Below, one piece after another: positions 11,314 to 24,064 of a stretch of DNA of 64,000 nucleotides. Each line of letters opens with the position of its first letter. Positions within the stretch are counted from its first letter, which is position 1. The stretch lies in NCBI RefSeq assembly GCF_032191835.1, contig NC_083224.1, positions 156,984,001 to 157,048,000 on the forward strand, given 5' to 3'. The translations under genes and the position numbers were made by a program. The notes beneath the pieces were generated by a model, which worked only from the letters and a program-made list of their open reading frames with translations, made no database searches and was not told where the DNA came from. Source of the DNA: Heteronotia binoei (lineage: Eukaryota).

Positions 11314-14300
11314 ATGCAAGTGATAGCTGCCTGGGACAACACCATGTGGTGTACATGAAGGGGGACCAATGAACAGACCATAGAAGCAGATAATTTTTAA
11401 ATGAAAGAGCCAGAAGTCTCAAAAACTTGTTACCATTGCAGACTCTATGTTCCACAATGTTTTGTACCATATGTTTTACTCCAGTGAACAGTGCAACTGA
11501 ACCTATCTTCTGCTGCATCTGTTTTTAGCCATAAGTGAATAGGATTGTATTTTAATAACTGCAGCCAAAAGAGCTGAGAATGGAGCTTTTGCTATTGGTG
11601 CCTGGAACATTTGAAGCAGCCAGGAAAGCAATATTTACTACATGTTTACTCTGTATGCTAAGGAAGTGTATCCTGCCCTGTTATCTTTGTTAATTGAAAA
11701 CACAATGCCAAAAAATTGTGGGTTTTTGTCTGAACTGAGATGAGGGAGTTTTGCCTCCTAGTTCTGAATGAGAATAATTACAGCTGTAAAGCTATATTTC
11801 CCTCCCCAAATATCTCCTGTCAACCCCTTAATTAAACCACGGGAAATGCTTCATTTTCTGGTTATTGCCAGAAACATGTTTCTGACTCCTAGAGAAGTGC
11901 TTGATTGTTTTTTTCATTAGAATTCAATTTCTTGCAGCCATACAGGTGCACAGAAAGAAATAAAATTAATTAAAACTGTGGACATGTTTATCCCCGCCAG
12001 GTGCCATAAAAGGTACTGGCAGAGGCATTTTTCAAGTAATTAAACAGACATTCCTGTGTTTCCTAATGAATTATCACTCTTCCCTCTTAAAATGCATCAA
12101 ACAGGATTTATCATCTCTTTGTACGAAAGTGATGGGAGAGATTTCTATGGGATTGTGACAACTAGCACTGGATTGGTCTCTATTACTGTCTTTTCCTCAG
12201 ACCATATCCATACAACAGGAGTGACGGGTTAATTGCTGTGTTACTGACAAATCCTTGTGTGTGAACACATTTGATATTGCTATGGGGATGTAACCTTTCA
12301 CTGATGGAGCTTGGCCTCTTCAGCACTTCTTCTCTACTAAGCAGAGCTTGTGTATTGCCTGAGCTTAGCAACCATGTGTTCTGATAGCAGCTGGTGTCTC
12401 AGGGCTGTTTTTCTACTGCACTCATGGAAAGAAGAGATTGTGGGGTTTTTTCCTAATCTTCTCCCTCTTTACTATCTTCCTCCTTCACCTTGGTATGTAA
12501 TTCCCCAGCCCAGTTCCAGACTCCATTACTTTACTTGTGCTTAAATATTCTACTAGCAAGCAGGACTTTATTCCACTAAGGAAGCCATCACACATGAGGA
12601 GATCTTGCTTCAGCTCATTGAATAACTGAAGACCCTATAAAGGCTGTGTCCCATTCCTCTTGCTATGGAGACATGCACACATGCCCAACAGTGACATGCT
12701 GGGCAGGATTCAGGAGAAGGTGCCATGTCTGTTGCTCACATATTGGCAGTCCGACTGCTATGTCAATCAAAATAGCAGCATTGATACAAAGAGCTGGTGA
12801 CATACAATGGATATACTTTCACAATGCAGGTTAAGTGGGGACTTTGGTTTAATTTCTGTTATGTGGGGTCATTTTGGTATATATTGCACTGTTCCACTTA
12901 CAGGAAGCTGCAGACTTTGCACAGACTTCATACGGTTTTGCAGCTTTCTGCCTTCAAAAGAGGCTGCCAAGGAATATTTAGCTGTTATCTTTTGATTCCA
13001 TGGATGGAGTGTTCTGGAGCTGTGAAATCTTGGCCTTGTTGGGTTTCATCATCATTCCAAACCTTACTGAAGCATTGACCAAAAATGAAACCAACATGCC
13101 TGTGCAGCTGTACACTGCAAGGGAAGATCAGTCCTGATAGACAAGGCTATCATTTAGGCAAGCATGTCTCAAATTTCTGACCTTATCTTTGGAGAACTGA
13201 GAAACTTTTAAGGAACACGGGTATGCCCTGAAATACGATGTGTAAATCTGTATCATAAGGCATGTCTAAATATTCTGCATCAAGAAAGTTCTGGGCCTGA
13301 ATTCCTAAAAGAATTTTTCTGTTTGACTCCTTGTTTTATAAAGCTGTAGTATAATGAGGAAACTCTCTACAGGATTTTTCACAGCAATGTCATTTTCATA
13401 GCAGAGACAAATACCATATTTGTCTTTCAATACCCAAACCAGATGCTTCGTCAAAAAGATAAATAGTCAGAGTATTTTTCACTTAACGGTATCAGCTTTC
13501 ATACTGTCTTTCTGATTCATCATTTTTGGAAACTTTTTTATGCTTCTGTTTTTTTGTGGCACACCACTAAATAATACCATGAGACGTTTTGAAGGGAAAA
13601 GACGCTGTGTCATGACCTTCAAAAATTTCTGCACCAGAAATTATTATAGATGTCCATGGCTGCCATCCAGCAAAGTAAACTATGAACAGTGTTTCAAAAG
13701 CAGTGTAGGAGAATGGAAGAAGACTGGTGGCGCATACCTTTGGGTCATGGCCTGTGTCAAAAATTAGAACAGTCAGCACATGTTACTTTCCTTTAGTGCT
13801 CATAGGCCTCATTAGATCTTTGGTTTTTAGTGTGAACTGCAGCAGAGATGGTAGTGAAGTGGTTGTAAGGACAAATGAACATCAGAGCAATTTGCTTTTC
13901 ATTCTGACAGGACCTTAGGGCAGAAGTAGACATGACAGGATATGTGTGGCTGCTGCTAGCAGCAGGTAGGAATGCCTGGGAAAAGCCCATAAAAATTGAG
14001 GAGAAACTGGTGTTTTTTTCCAAGGATTGCTTTCCAGGGTATGTTTTTTTAAAAAAAACAAAAACAAAATGGGAAAACAAGTCTTCAAAAAAGCACAATT
14101 GGAAAAACTGGAAAATGAAGGGGAGGGGCACAAAAGCTCATGAAATATTCCTTGTTTCAGAATGATCATCTAAATAGTTTTTAAAGTAACATTTTAAAAA
14201 TAATATAGTTACAGCAATTTCACACAGTTGCAGATCTTTTGAAAATTTAGATTACTTAACAAGCAGCATTTTTAAGGTTTTGTGGTTGAAAAGTACTTTT

Positions 14301-14845
14301 AGATGGTGCTAAATACCATCTTCCAGTCTTCATAGTGGGAGCCCAACATACATATTACATTAATAACACTGCACAGCTTCTGTGTCCTCTTGCTTTCCAC
14401 CTGCTTTCGATTCTGACATCAAGTTGTAAAATGCTGGATCTCTGAAATTACATACGTATTATCAGGGACCAAAGTTACATGTAAGAGAGTAGAAAAAGTG
14501 CTTTCGTGAAAATTTTCTACTTTCTAAGGTAAAAAAAGGAAAACCAGAAAAAGTTGAAAATATAGAAACTACAAGTGAGGACCCACAAGAAACTTGCAGA
14601 AGTGGTTGTCCCATTCTTCTCCCCTTTGCTCCCTCCCCTCTACCACTACTTCTTTTCTTATCACTCTTTTCCCCTCCCACCACTTGTTCTCTCCTCCATG
14701 CCTGTTACTCCCTTTCTCTTTCTGTCTTCCTGTTCCTCATCACTCTCTCAGCCACCCACCTGCTCCCCTCCCCACAGCACTAGTAATGGTGGCAGCTGTC
14801 CTGAAATCACAGTAGTTCTCCCAACTACAGAGATCAGTTACTCCT

Positions 14846-15173
14846 TAGGGTTGCCAGCTTTAGCCTGGGAAATTTTCTGAAGATTTGGAGGTGGACATTG
14901 GGAGAGTAAAATTTGGGGAGGGAATGCAACGTCAGTAGGGTATAATGCCATAGCCATATTCTACAGGGAAACTGATCTGTCATCCAGAGAATAGTTGTAA
15001 TTCCAGGTGATCTCCAGCCTTCACCTGATTTTATAGTTATCCTGGAGGAAATGGCTGCTTTGGAGGTGAAGTCTGTGGCATTATATATGTCTGAGGTCTC
15101 TCACCTCCTGAAACCTCACACTTCCCTGCCTCCACCCCTCAAATCTCCAGGAATTTCCCCACTGGGAACCCTA
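14846..15173. mobile_element. hAT-like MITE (TAGGGTTGCCA family)
   Basis: TAGGGTTGCCAG..GGGAACCCTA. Interior is similar to 53302-53520. Confidence 0.7.
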
Positions 15174-15352
15174 TGACCTTACCACTCAACAGCCAACCTA
15201 CCTTTGTCTCCACTCTTCAGCTTTTTATCATCTCCCTCTCTGCATCCTCTACCTAAGAAAACTATGATCTTTCTCCACAGTGAGGACCAAGGCATCTTAC
15301 TTTATTCTCCTCTCTGCAACGCTATGAGGTAGGTTAGGCTGAAAGTATGTGA

Positions 15353-15790
15353 AAGGTTAAAACACTTGGGGCTCTTTAGCTTGGAGAAATGTTGACTGCG
15401 GGGTGACATGATAGAGGTTTACAAGATTATGCATGGGATGGAGAAAGTAGAGAAAGATGTACTTTTCTCCCTTTCTCACAATACAAGAACTCGTGGGCAT
15501 TCGATGAAATTGCTGAGCAGTCGGGTTACAATGGATAAAAGGAAGTACTTCTTCACCCAAAGGGTGATTAACATGTGGAATTCACTGCCACAGGAGGTGG
15601 TGGCGGCTACAAGCATAGTCAGCTTCAAGAGGGGGTTAGATAAAAATATGGAGCAGAGGTCCATCAGTGGCTATTAGCCACAGTGTGTGTGTGTGTGTGT
15701 GTGTATAATATTTTTTGGCCACTGTGTGACACAGTGTTGGACTGGATGGGCCATTGGCCTGATCCAACATGGCTTCTCTTATGTTCTTAT
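15353..15790 (+). mobile_element. CR1 LINE 3' end (5'-truncated), inserted in a MIR/Squam3-like SINE
   Basis: Encodes GDMIEVYKIMHG..TRGHSMKL..RKYFFTQRVINMWNSLPQEVV..FKRGLD, a typical CR1 C-terminus. The 3' UTR ends in CTTATGTTCTTAT. Halves of a minus-strand SINE lie on both sides (15270-15352, 15791-15895). Confidence 0.92.
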
Positions 15791-18700
15791 GACTGGCCCA
15801 AAATCACCTAGTCCAGAGTCTTCCACAACAAGGCAGGGATCTGAACCTGGTATCCCAAACACTAGTCTGACGGAGCTCACACCACACTGGCTCTTACTCT
15901 GTTGAACAGTAACAAGCTCGTTCTCTCTGTTGAACAGGCTGCTGTTCAACAGTAACAGACAGACAGGCCTAAGTGAGTCAAGCAAGTCAGTTGGTATCAA
16001 AGCACCCAAAAGGTGCTGCTAGGCTGGTGGTTGGCAACCTCCAGTTGGGACCTGGAGATATCATAGAATTGCAACTGAATTATAACTGAAAGATGTAGAG
16101 ATCTGTCTCCCCTGTAGAGAATGACTGCTTTGGAGGACAGAGTCTTTGACATAATATCTGGCTGAGGACTCTCTGTCTCCAAACGCTGCCCTCCTCAGAC
16201 TCCATCTCAGAATCTCCAGAGGAAGAAGAATCTCCAAGAATTTCCAAATATGGAGCAGACCTGGCCCTGATGAATCCCCAAAGGCCAAAATAGGTCTGGA
16301 AAAAGCCCTACCCCCTTCCTCTGTCTTTTAACTGATAGAACAAACTTTGGAATGCTGTGGTTGGCTAGCAACAGCCACTGAGGGAATTTGTTGCTTAAAG
16401 CTATAAACACTCCTTTTATCTTTTTTGGATTTTTTTAAAACTCCCCAATGGGTTTTTTTCCTTCACATTTTTCTGCAAACCTAGAGGCCTTTGGGGATTT
16501 GTAGAAAGATCTGTCTTTCCTGTTCACAGCTTAGTCACTGGATTTAAGTGTTCAAAGATATTTTCACCACTACTAGAATATAAGACAAGTGGGGACCCAC
16601 ACGAAACTGCAGGGAGGGTGCATCCTATCTCCCCACTTTTACTCCCAGCCCTATCCCCCCACTTCTCAAATAATCTCCTCCCCTCTCCTTTCCTGAAAAT
16701 CTTATCCACTCTATTTCTCCCCTTCCCTGGCAACCTTACCAACCTCCCTCTTCCCCCTCCTCCATCCATATCTCCCCATATTTCTCTCCTCTCTGACAAT
16801 TTACCCCCTTTCCTCACCCTATCTTTTTCTGTCAATATCCCATCTCCCTTTCTCTTCCCCTCCTTACCTTGATCTCTTCAGCTGCAACTGAAATCTGATT
16901 GATTAGAAACTGGGGAGGTTGGAATTTTAAAAAGGACAGCTGAGCTGGCAATGACAAAGGTGTGAGAGTGGGCAAGGAGGCTCCTTTTCACCTTCATCCC
17001 TGTAGCTGCTGCTCAGCAGTCACTTTTAAACTCCTCCCCCCTGTTTTCTAATTTATCACATTGGGGGGGAGAAATGACACTGAAGCTGCAAGGGCGGCAA
17101 AGAACCTTCCTCAACCCCTGTCACCTCCAGCATGGCTTCTCCCTGATGTCTGACTGATTAGATACTTGAGGGAAGTTTTAAACAGGCAGCAGAGCGGACA
17201 GCTAAAGAGACCAAAATGAGAACGAGCCTTATGCACTCATATACCTCTGTAGGTGATGACTGCTTGGTTCTTCCCCTGGCCCCAAGCGGCAGTGGCAGCT
17301 CTACCCACTTCTCCCCCCTCACACACACACACACAACAACAGCTCTCCAAGTCACCCATCAACTTCCTCTCTCCTACACAGCTGGAGGGACCTCTGGAGC
17401 CACCACAGTGGCAGTGATGGTGGTTGCAGCAGGTCCCCTGAGAGCCATGATGCCTGCAGCAGGGCCCATTTCTGGTGACTGCTCTTTCTGTGCACAGAAT
17501 TTTTTTTTTGTTTTATGTAGTTTAACCCACCCCCTTTTCTTATATTTTTATGTTTTTCTGCAAACTTTGGAGTCACCCCAAGTTTGGAGAAAAATCTCCA
17601 GTGTTCTCTACAGTTCCTGTGATGTTTGCAGACTGCTACTATGCATGTTTACTCAGAAAATGCCCCACTGAGTTCTGTGGCACTAACTCCCAGGTATGTT
17701 TGCATAATATTATAGGCTTACTATGTATCTGTTACTTTTAAACAATCCCACGCTTCCTTCAGTGAGTTCAAGTATACATTGTTCTCCTTTCTCCACTTGA
17801 GATGTACACAAATTTTGGCTGCAATTACAGCCTTTTATTTAGATGCATGATTTGGCCACAGTAATCCGCGCTGTTGTCCCATCTAGGTTAGATTATTGTA
17901 CTGTTACTTTGAGTCTCTTATTTTTAATGGGGAAATTAGCTAAGAGACTTGGTAGAGCGAATTAGGAGTGAAGGATCTTTTCTCCAATAATACGGAGGTC
18001 GGGTTTTCAAGCAAGAATACTCCAGGCAGGTATATTTTATAATGTTTACTAAAAAATATGTAATAAAATAGATTCTCAGACACAAATACACAATACAGTT
18101 AATCAAGAAGCTAGGAAAGATAGAGGTTATCGATAGAGATTTTCGGGATTGTTGAGGAGGGTAATAGTCACCTGATCCAGAAGAGGAGATATCCGTTTCA
18201 GCAGGAAAATTGGAGAAAGGGACAAGCACAACCAGCGTAGCAAGCCCCATAGACCCAATTACAGGAGTAACGGGGGTACAGATTGCAATTGCGCCCTACA
18301 GAATGCAAACCAAAATGGGATTCCAGCTCATGTTATATAGAGTTCTAAGGGGTTACTAAAGAGCCTTTAATGGCCTGGAGATGACCCTCTTGAATAGATT
18401 CTTAATCAAAAATAATAGGTCAGGATTTCAAGGTATTCACTAAGAGGATGGGCCAGGTTGTAACTGGGTGGTTTGGTATTGGTTTGGGTTTGACACTCAG
18501 GAATAAACCTTCTAGGATAGTCAAAGACTTGGAAGGACAGGGTGGGTCCAATCAAGGAAGTAAATAGAAGTGGCTGGGTGAGGTGATGGGTCGAAAGAAG
18601 AGGCTATTGATCAGCAGTAGAAGATTAGGGTGTGAGCGATACTAACCAGCAGTCCCCATTGTTCTTATGCATCCTGTTCAGATGGAGGTGGAGAAACTGG

Positions 18701-19004
18701 TTGGGGTTGCACTGAGAGGCAGCCTTTAGGTGATGACCAGAACAAGCTCTCTGTTGGGTCTACTCCATTTTGTTTAGAGTATTCTCTTGGCTTGTCCTGG
18801 ACAGACTCCATTTTGTTTGCAGAAATAGGAGCCCCACTTTCTTTCTTTAGGTGTTGGGGTGCTCCGCATTAACAGGCAGCACCTCTCAGTGTCAGTACTG
18901 GGCTCTCTGTGGGGGTAGCCCTTGAAGACGAGTTTGTATCTATTCTGTGCTCAGGATCATATCATCCCATACTGGTTTCCTGTTTGCTTTTGAGAGACTG
19001 AAAA

Positions 19005-19495
19005 ATGTTTAAAGCAATAAATGGCTTTGGGACCAAGTTACTTGAAGAATTTCCTCCCACATTGTCTGGCTCAGCTGTTAAGATCATCATGCCAGGCCCT
19101 GCAGCCTGTGCATCTACCCATGACTTTTATTTGAATCTTCCTAACATTCAGTCATTTTACTTGGCCATTTTAAAATTTTATCATCTATTTATATCATTTT
19201 ATATGCTTTTGTCTGTTCTTCCCCATCAGTGATCTTTATTTAACTCTTGATTTTATGGGTCCTCTCCCATTAAATTATTATGTTACTCTTATGCTAGTTT
19301 TGATTGTTTTCTAATAAATTGCTGCTAGGCTCGGTCACTTACATTGCTAATTCCCAGATTTATTATTGATTGACTCATTAATTTTTGTCTTACTTTGCTT
19401 CTGCCATTGTTGGGAGATGCCTTGAACAGCTGTGTCTGGAGATATGGCAAAAAGGGGTGGTGGTGGTGGTGGTGGTCATTCAATAAATAAATAAT
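19005..19495 (+). mobile_element. Old L2 3' fragment
   Basis: The translation MFKAINGFGTKLL resembles TFKALYGRGPAYL. An AT-rich UTR and an AATAAATAAATAA tail follow. Confidence 0.5.
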
Positions 19496-20555
19496 CCCAT
19501 AGTAGGGTAACTACCTGTAGGTTAATGTTGGTCCCTGCAGTTCTTGGTCATGGTATGGATTCACCAGACAGTCAACACAGCAAAGTTAAAAGGGTCAACT
19601 CGGCCTCTAACCCTGTTGGTAGGTGTCTAGAAAGAGCCAAAAGAGACACAAAGACAATGATTAGTAATGCTCTGCAGTAGCAACAGACAGCTTGTGAGCT
19701 CCCACATTCTGTATGTGATGTGAGCTATGGATCTGACAGTGGCACTACCAGTTGCTCTTCAAGAACCTATGTTTTCCCCCTCCTCCCTGGGGGTTCTTGT
19801 CTCTAGACTCTTGAGATACCAGTTTTCAAGTTGTTTCCTCCAGTCACAAGGATTGTACTTATATTCATCAATAATTAAAGTTGAGGGTCTCAGGCTGCTA
19901 TGTTCTAGCACAGGCAGCTTGCATAGCACACCTGTAGGTACATGGAATACACTCAGTTTTTATTAAGCACAGGGAACTTTGTCTCCTCTTTCATGATTAA
20001 TCAAGAGCAATTTTCTTTCTTTTCTGGATCACCTTGTATTAAATCATTGCTATTGACTGTGTACTTTTTAACCAAAAAGGTATAAACTGATCAGTTTTAT
20101 ATTTGCACTTCTCTTAACAGAACATGTTAATGGCATCCAACTGTATAGACATTGTCTGATCTTGACGATGCCTGAAGCAAAAGAATAATTTATGGAGTTG
20201 AAATACATCAGTTCCATTGGGAAATCAGAACTGGCACCAAATATTTCAAAATATTTTTGTTTTACAAGCAAAATAACTTATTCTGTTGTGTTTTAATTGT
20301 AGCCTTCTCTTTACCATCTGGTGATACTTTGTCATAGACCAGATGTATGCCATGTCCAAGGATTTATGCTTGTCTTTGGGACTTCTTTTTTCATTGAACA
20401 CCTGACCTCTGTGCCTTACTGTCATGGATTGTGCATGTGTGTGTCAGGAGGGCTGTTCTATCATTTTCTTTCATAAGACAAATGTGTTTGACTGTATTTC
20501 AGTCACATAATGCACTAAACACTCTGGTGTAACTATGCAGTGAAGTTATCACAGC

Positions 20556-20756
20556 CAGGGCTTTTTTTTTTAACAGGAATGCACAGGAACACAGTTCCGG
20601 CTGGCTTGACACCAGGGGGTGTGGCCTAATATGCAAATGAATTCCTCCTGGACTTTTTCTACTAAAAAGCCCTATGTGAAATAGTGGTGACATCATGGGG
20701 TGTGGCCTAAGATGCAAATGAGTTCCTGCTGGGCTCTTTCTACCAAAAAAGCCCTG
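20556..20756. mobile_element. hAT MITE (CAGGGCTTTTT termini)
   Basis: Perfect TSD ATCACAGC (20548-55, 20757-64). Internal duplication of GGGTGTGGCCTAA.ATGCAAATGA. Confidence 0.9.
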
Positions 20757-21043
20757 ATCACAGCAATATAGCTAGTCACTGTTGGTGACAGAATGCTGGG
20801 TCTGTTGGGTTGGTCCAACAGTTCAGTTTTTAAATTCCAACATTAAGGCACTTGTGACTGGAATACCATTCAGAATAACACCTTTTAATCTGAGAATTGG
20901 GAGGACTTAAATCAGGTCTCACTGCTGCCACAGTTCATGTGTGGCTTTCTTTGGGCAAGACATTGCCTTGTAGTTCCACATTTGGGAAATAAGATTAGTG
21001 GCATGGAAGGGAGTGGGTGTTGTGAATATAGAATACACTAAAG

Positions 21044-21834
21044 CCGGGGTGCCAAACTCTTTTGTTATGAGGGCTAGATTTGACATAAATGAGACCTTGT
21101 TGGGTTGGGCCATGTGTGTCATAAAATGTAATGCTACGTAGCGGAGATATAAGCTTCATAAAAGATACAGACAAACATAATTTAATATAATTTAGAATGA
21201 TGGAGTAGAAAGGGACCTCCAGAGTCATCTAATGCAGGAAATTCACAATGCAGGAAATTCACAATTACTTCTCTCACACACCCTTTTTTACTTAAAATAC
21301 AAACATGCTTAAAGCATTAACACTCTTGCAATATTTTGTTGCTGATGGAGTGGGGAGTGAAGGAAACTTTGTGCATCTTAAGTGCCACTGGAGAAAAACT
21401 TTTCTTTGCAAACACAGAGATGTGGGTGGGGGGCGAGAGAAGGAACAGATCCAGCTCCTGGCTTGAAGGAAACTTTGTGGGTCTTAAGTGCCACTGGAGT
21501 AAAAGTTTTCTTCGCAAACATGGCAGTGGTGGGGAAGGGAAGAAGGAAACAGGCCCAGCTCACACAGAGACCCACCATAGCAAGTGTGGGGGAAGTGGAC
21601 CCAAGTAATGAGAGGGTGGAATTTGCTGGGAAGAGGAAGTAGCTGATCACAACCATCAAGAAAAAGCCAGTCACGTGGAGCTGCTGATCTTACTTCTGAC
21701 CCTAGTAATAATTGGCAGCAAATCTTCACCTGTGGAAGTAGGATCATGGGGAGGGGAAGCGCTCTACCCATGGGCCACATTAAAGACCTTGGAGGGCCGG
21801 TTCTGGCCCACAGGCCATATATTTGACACCTCTG
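21044..21834. mobile_element. hAT (Charlie-like, CAGGGGTGTCAAA termini) non-autonomous element
   Basis: Perfect TSD CACTAAAG (21036-43, 21835-42). The left end is the reverse complement of the right end of 30306-30942. Confidence 0.88.
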
Positions 21835-22716
21835 CACTAAAGATTGCAGAACATTTTGAAAATGGTTTCAGTCAGGGATGCTCGGTCACTGCAGAGTTTA
21901 GGTCACAGTTCTCAAATGGCAAGCAGGATCCTTGAACTTTAAAAAAAGTTTGGCTGTCCCCCTCCCCTGCTCAATACACACAGTAGAAAAATCTCAACTT
22001 GATCCTGCTCTGGTGCATATGAGAGAAATTGCATGATTTCTTTCTCTAATATTCTAGCCTTGTCCATTTTGCCTCACTGCCTGACTCACAAAGCCAAATG
22101 AATTCAGTTTATTTTCATAGGATTTACCCATTCTTGCACTGCTGCCTGGGAAGTGTAGCTTGATCCAGTCATCAATGAGCATGCATCAGCACAAGCAGTG
22201 CCACTGACTGATGAATGCCTTGAGCTGTGCAAGAGCAAAAGTATTGAATTTACTGATTTTCTTTAAAACATTTTGATGCTTCCTTTCCACGTAATTTATG
22301 TCTCCAATAAATAACTAGCAATAAAACATCAAAGAACAATAAAAACATTAAAGCTAGATTAAAAACACCTATAAATATATTAAAACCAGTTAAAAACAAG
22401 TAGAACAAAAAACATAAAGCAGGAATGGGAAAAGATCAGTGACAATCAATGAAAGAACACCACACAAAACAGCTGGCAGAAGATATTGGTATAAGAGGAC
22501 AGATGAATCACCCTGGGGAGAGAATTCCATAATTTTGGTTCTGTGACTGAGAAGATCCTTTCTCAGGTTGATATCTGTCTAGCCTCAGATGGTAGAGATA
22601 TCCAAACCAGAGCCTTTGATGATGACCATATTGTTTGGGTAGATACATATAGGAATTGTCTGCCCATAAGACCTTAGGGCATAGGTGATCCAAACAATGT
22701 GAGCATATGTCGGCAG

Positions 22717-23231
22717 TAGGCATGGGCACGGACCAGGGAAATGGTGGTTCATTTTGTGATTCATTTGATTTTTGAACTGGTTCATGGTTCATTAGTTCTT
22801 TTGGTTTGGGAGGTGCAAAACTCACTTGGAGTCTTCAGAAGGCTCTATTCCATCCACCCTCCAAGTTTGGTGAATATTGGATTTGGAATGTCCGAGTTAT
22901 AGCCCCCCAATGCAGGTGCCCACAGGAAATCTCAGCTTCAGCTCTCATGGCAACCAACTCTTCTCTTTTCATGCTGCAGAATGGGAGCTTCATGATTGGC
23001 TCCCAGAGCTATCAATCAAGCTATGGACAACTGCTTTGGGTGTTTCTAGGGCTCCCAGAAGTCCGCCTCCAGTGTTGCCTAGGAACTGATTGAATCAGTA
23101 CCAGGCTGTCAGGAAAAACGAATTGCAAAATAAAACAAAGCACCAAGGTCCAAACTGGTTCAGAACGAACCACAAATTGGCCCTATTCATGCATAAATCA
23201 TGGTTCATGCATCGGTTTATGCCCATGTCTA
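22717..23231. mobile_element. hAT-like MITE (TAGGCATGGGC termini)
   Basis: TIR TAGGCATGGGC / GCCCATGTCTA. TSD-like GTCGGCAG/GTCATCAG (6/8). Confidence 0.7.
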
Positions 23232-23645
23232 GTCATCAGTGACTAACTGGTCTGCTGTGATGATGAATACTGCCACTGCATGTCAGGTTCCCTGACAATC
23301 AAAATGTCAGATGGTTCTGCTGTATCTGGAGTATCCCCTCATTCAGCCATTTTAATTTCTCTGTATCACCTTGCATTGCATATGAGTATAATCTGAACTA
23401 TGTAGTCATTTTACACTTTGCTCAAACATGTATCAGTTCAGTTCAGTTTATTAGGTTTAAACTCAGACATGTATCTAATTGGGCATGTTTTGGCATTTCA
23501 CTTGCTGTAACTTTCTCAAGATGTGCAGGAGGAAGATGTTGACAGTAGAATGTTATCTTGTAGCCATGGCAGCATCTGACTTCTGCCAGACCTTGAGCAT
23601 CCAGCAAAAGCCCTCTATGCTGTACACCTAACTCTGGGAACTTAA

Positions 23646-24036
23646 TGTCGGTGTATTCGCCAGTATGCTCTGGGTTCAAGAAGCTTTAAGAATATACAGC
23701 ACACTGACTTGTGCTAAACTATATACGTTTATTTATAGATATACAAGTTATAACTGTCCTGGTATACACTGGACCAAAGTGCTTCGCCAGACAATACATA
23801 CGATAACAGAGGATACGCTATACAGACTCTCCTAAGTTATATACACATAGCTATATACAAGCACCGATCAGCACACAATGCTGAGTCATTCTGCATAAGC
23901 ACAAGACCTCTGGACAGAACCGGTTTGCACCTGCTAAGGGAAGCTGTCAGGAACTGTCATAGATCAGGAACTGTCAGTTGCATTAGACTCTAGCCTGAAG
24001 TCATACTAGCAAGCATATGCTGACACCCAACTGACA
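23646..24036 (-). mobile_element. Probable solo LTR
   Basis: TGTCGGT..ACTGACA inverted termini (TG..CA). AATAAA on the minus strand at 23728-33, ~80 bp from the end. Internal TCAGGAACTGTCA duplication. No clean 4-6 bp TSD. Confidence 0.45.
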
Positions 24037-24064
24037 GGGTCTGGGTTTAACTTGTACACCTTTT

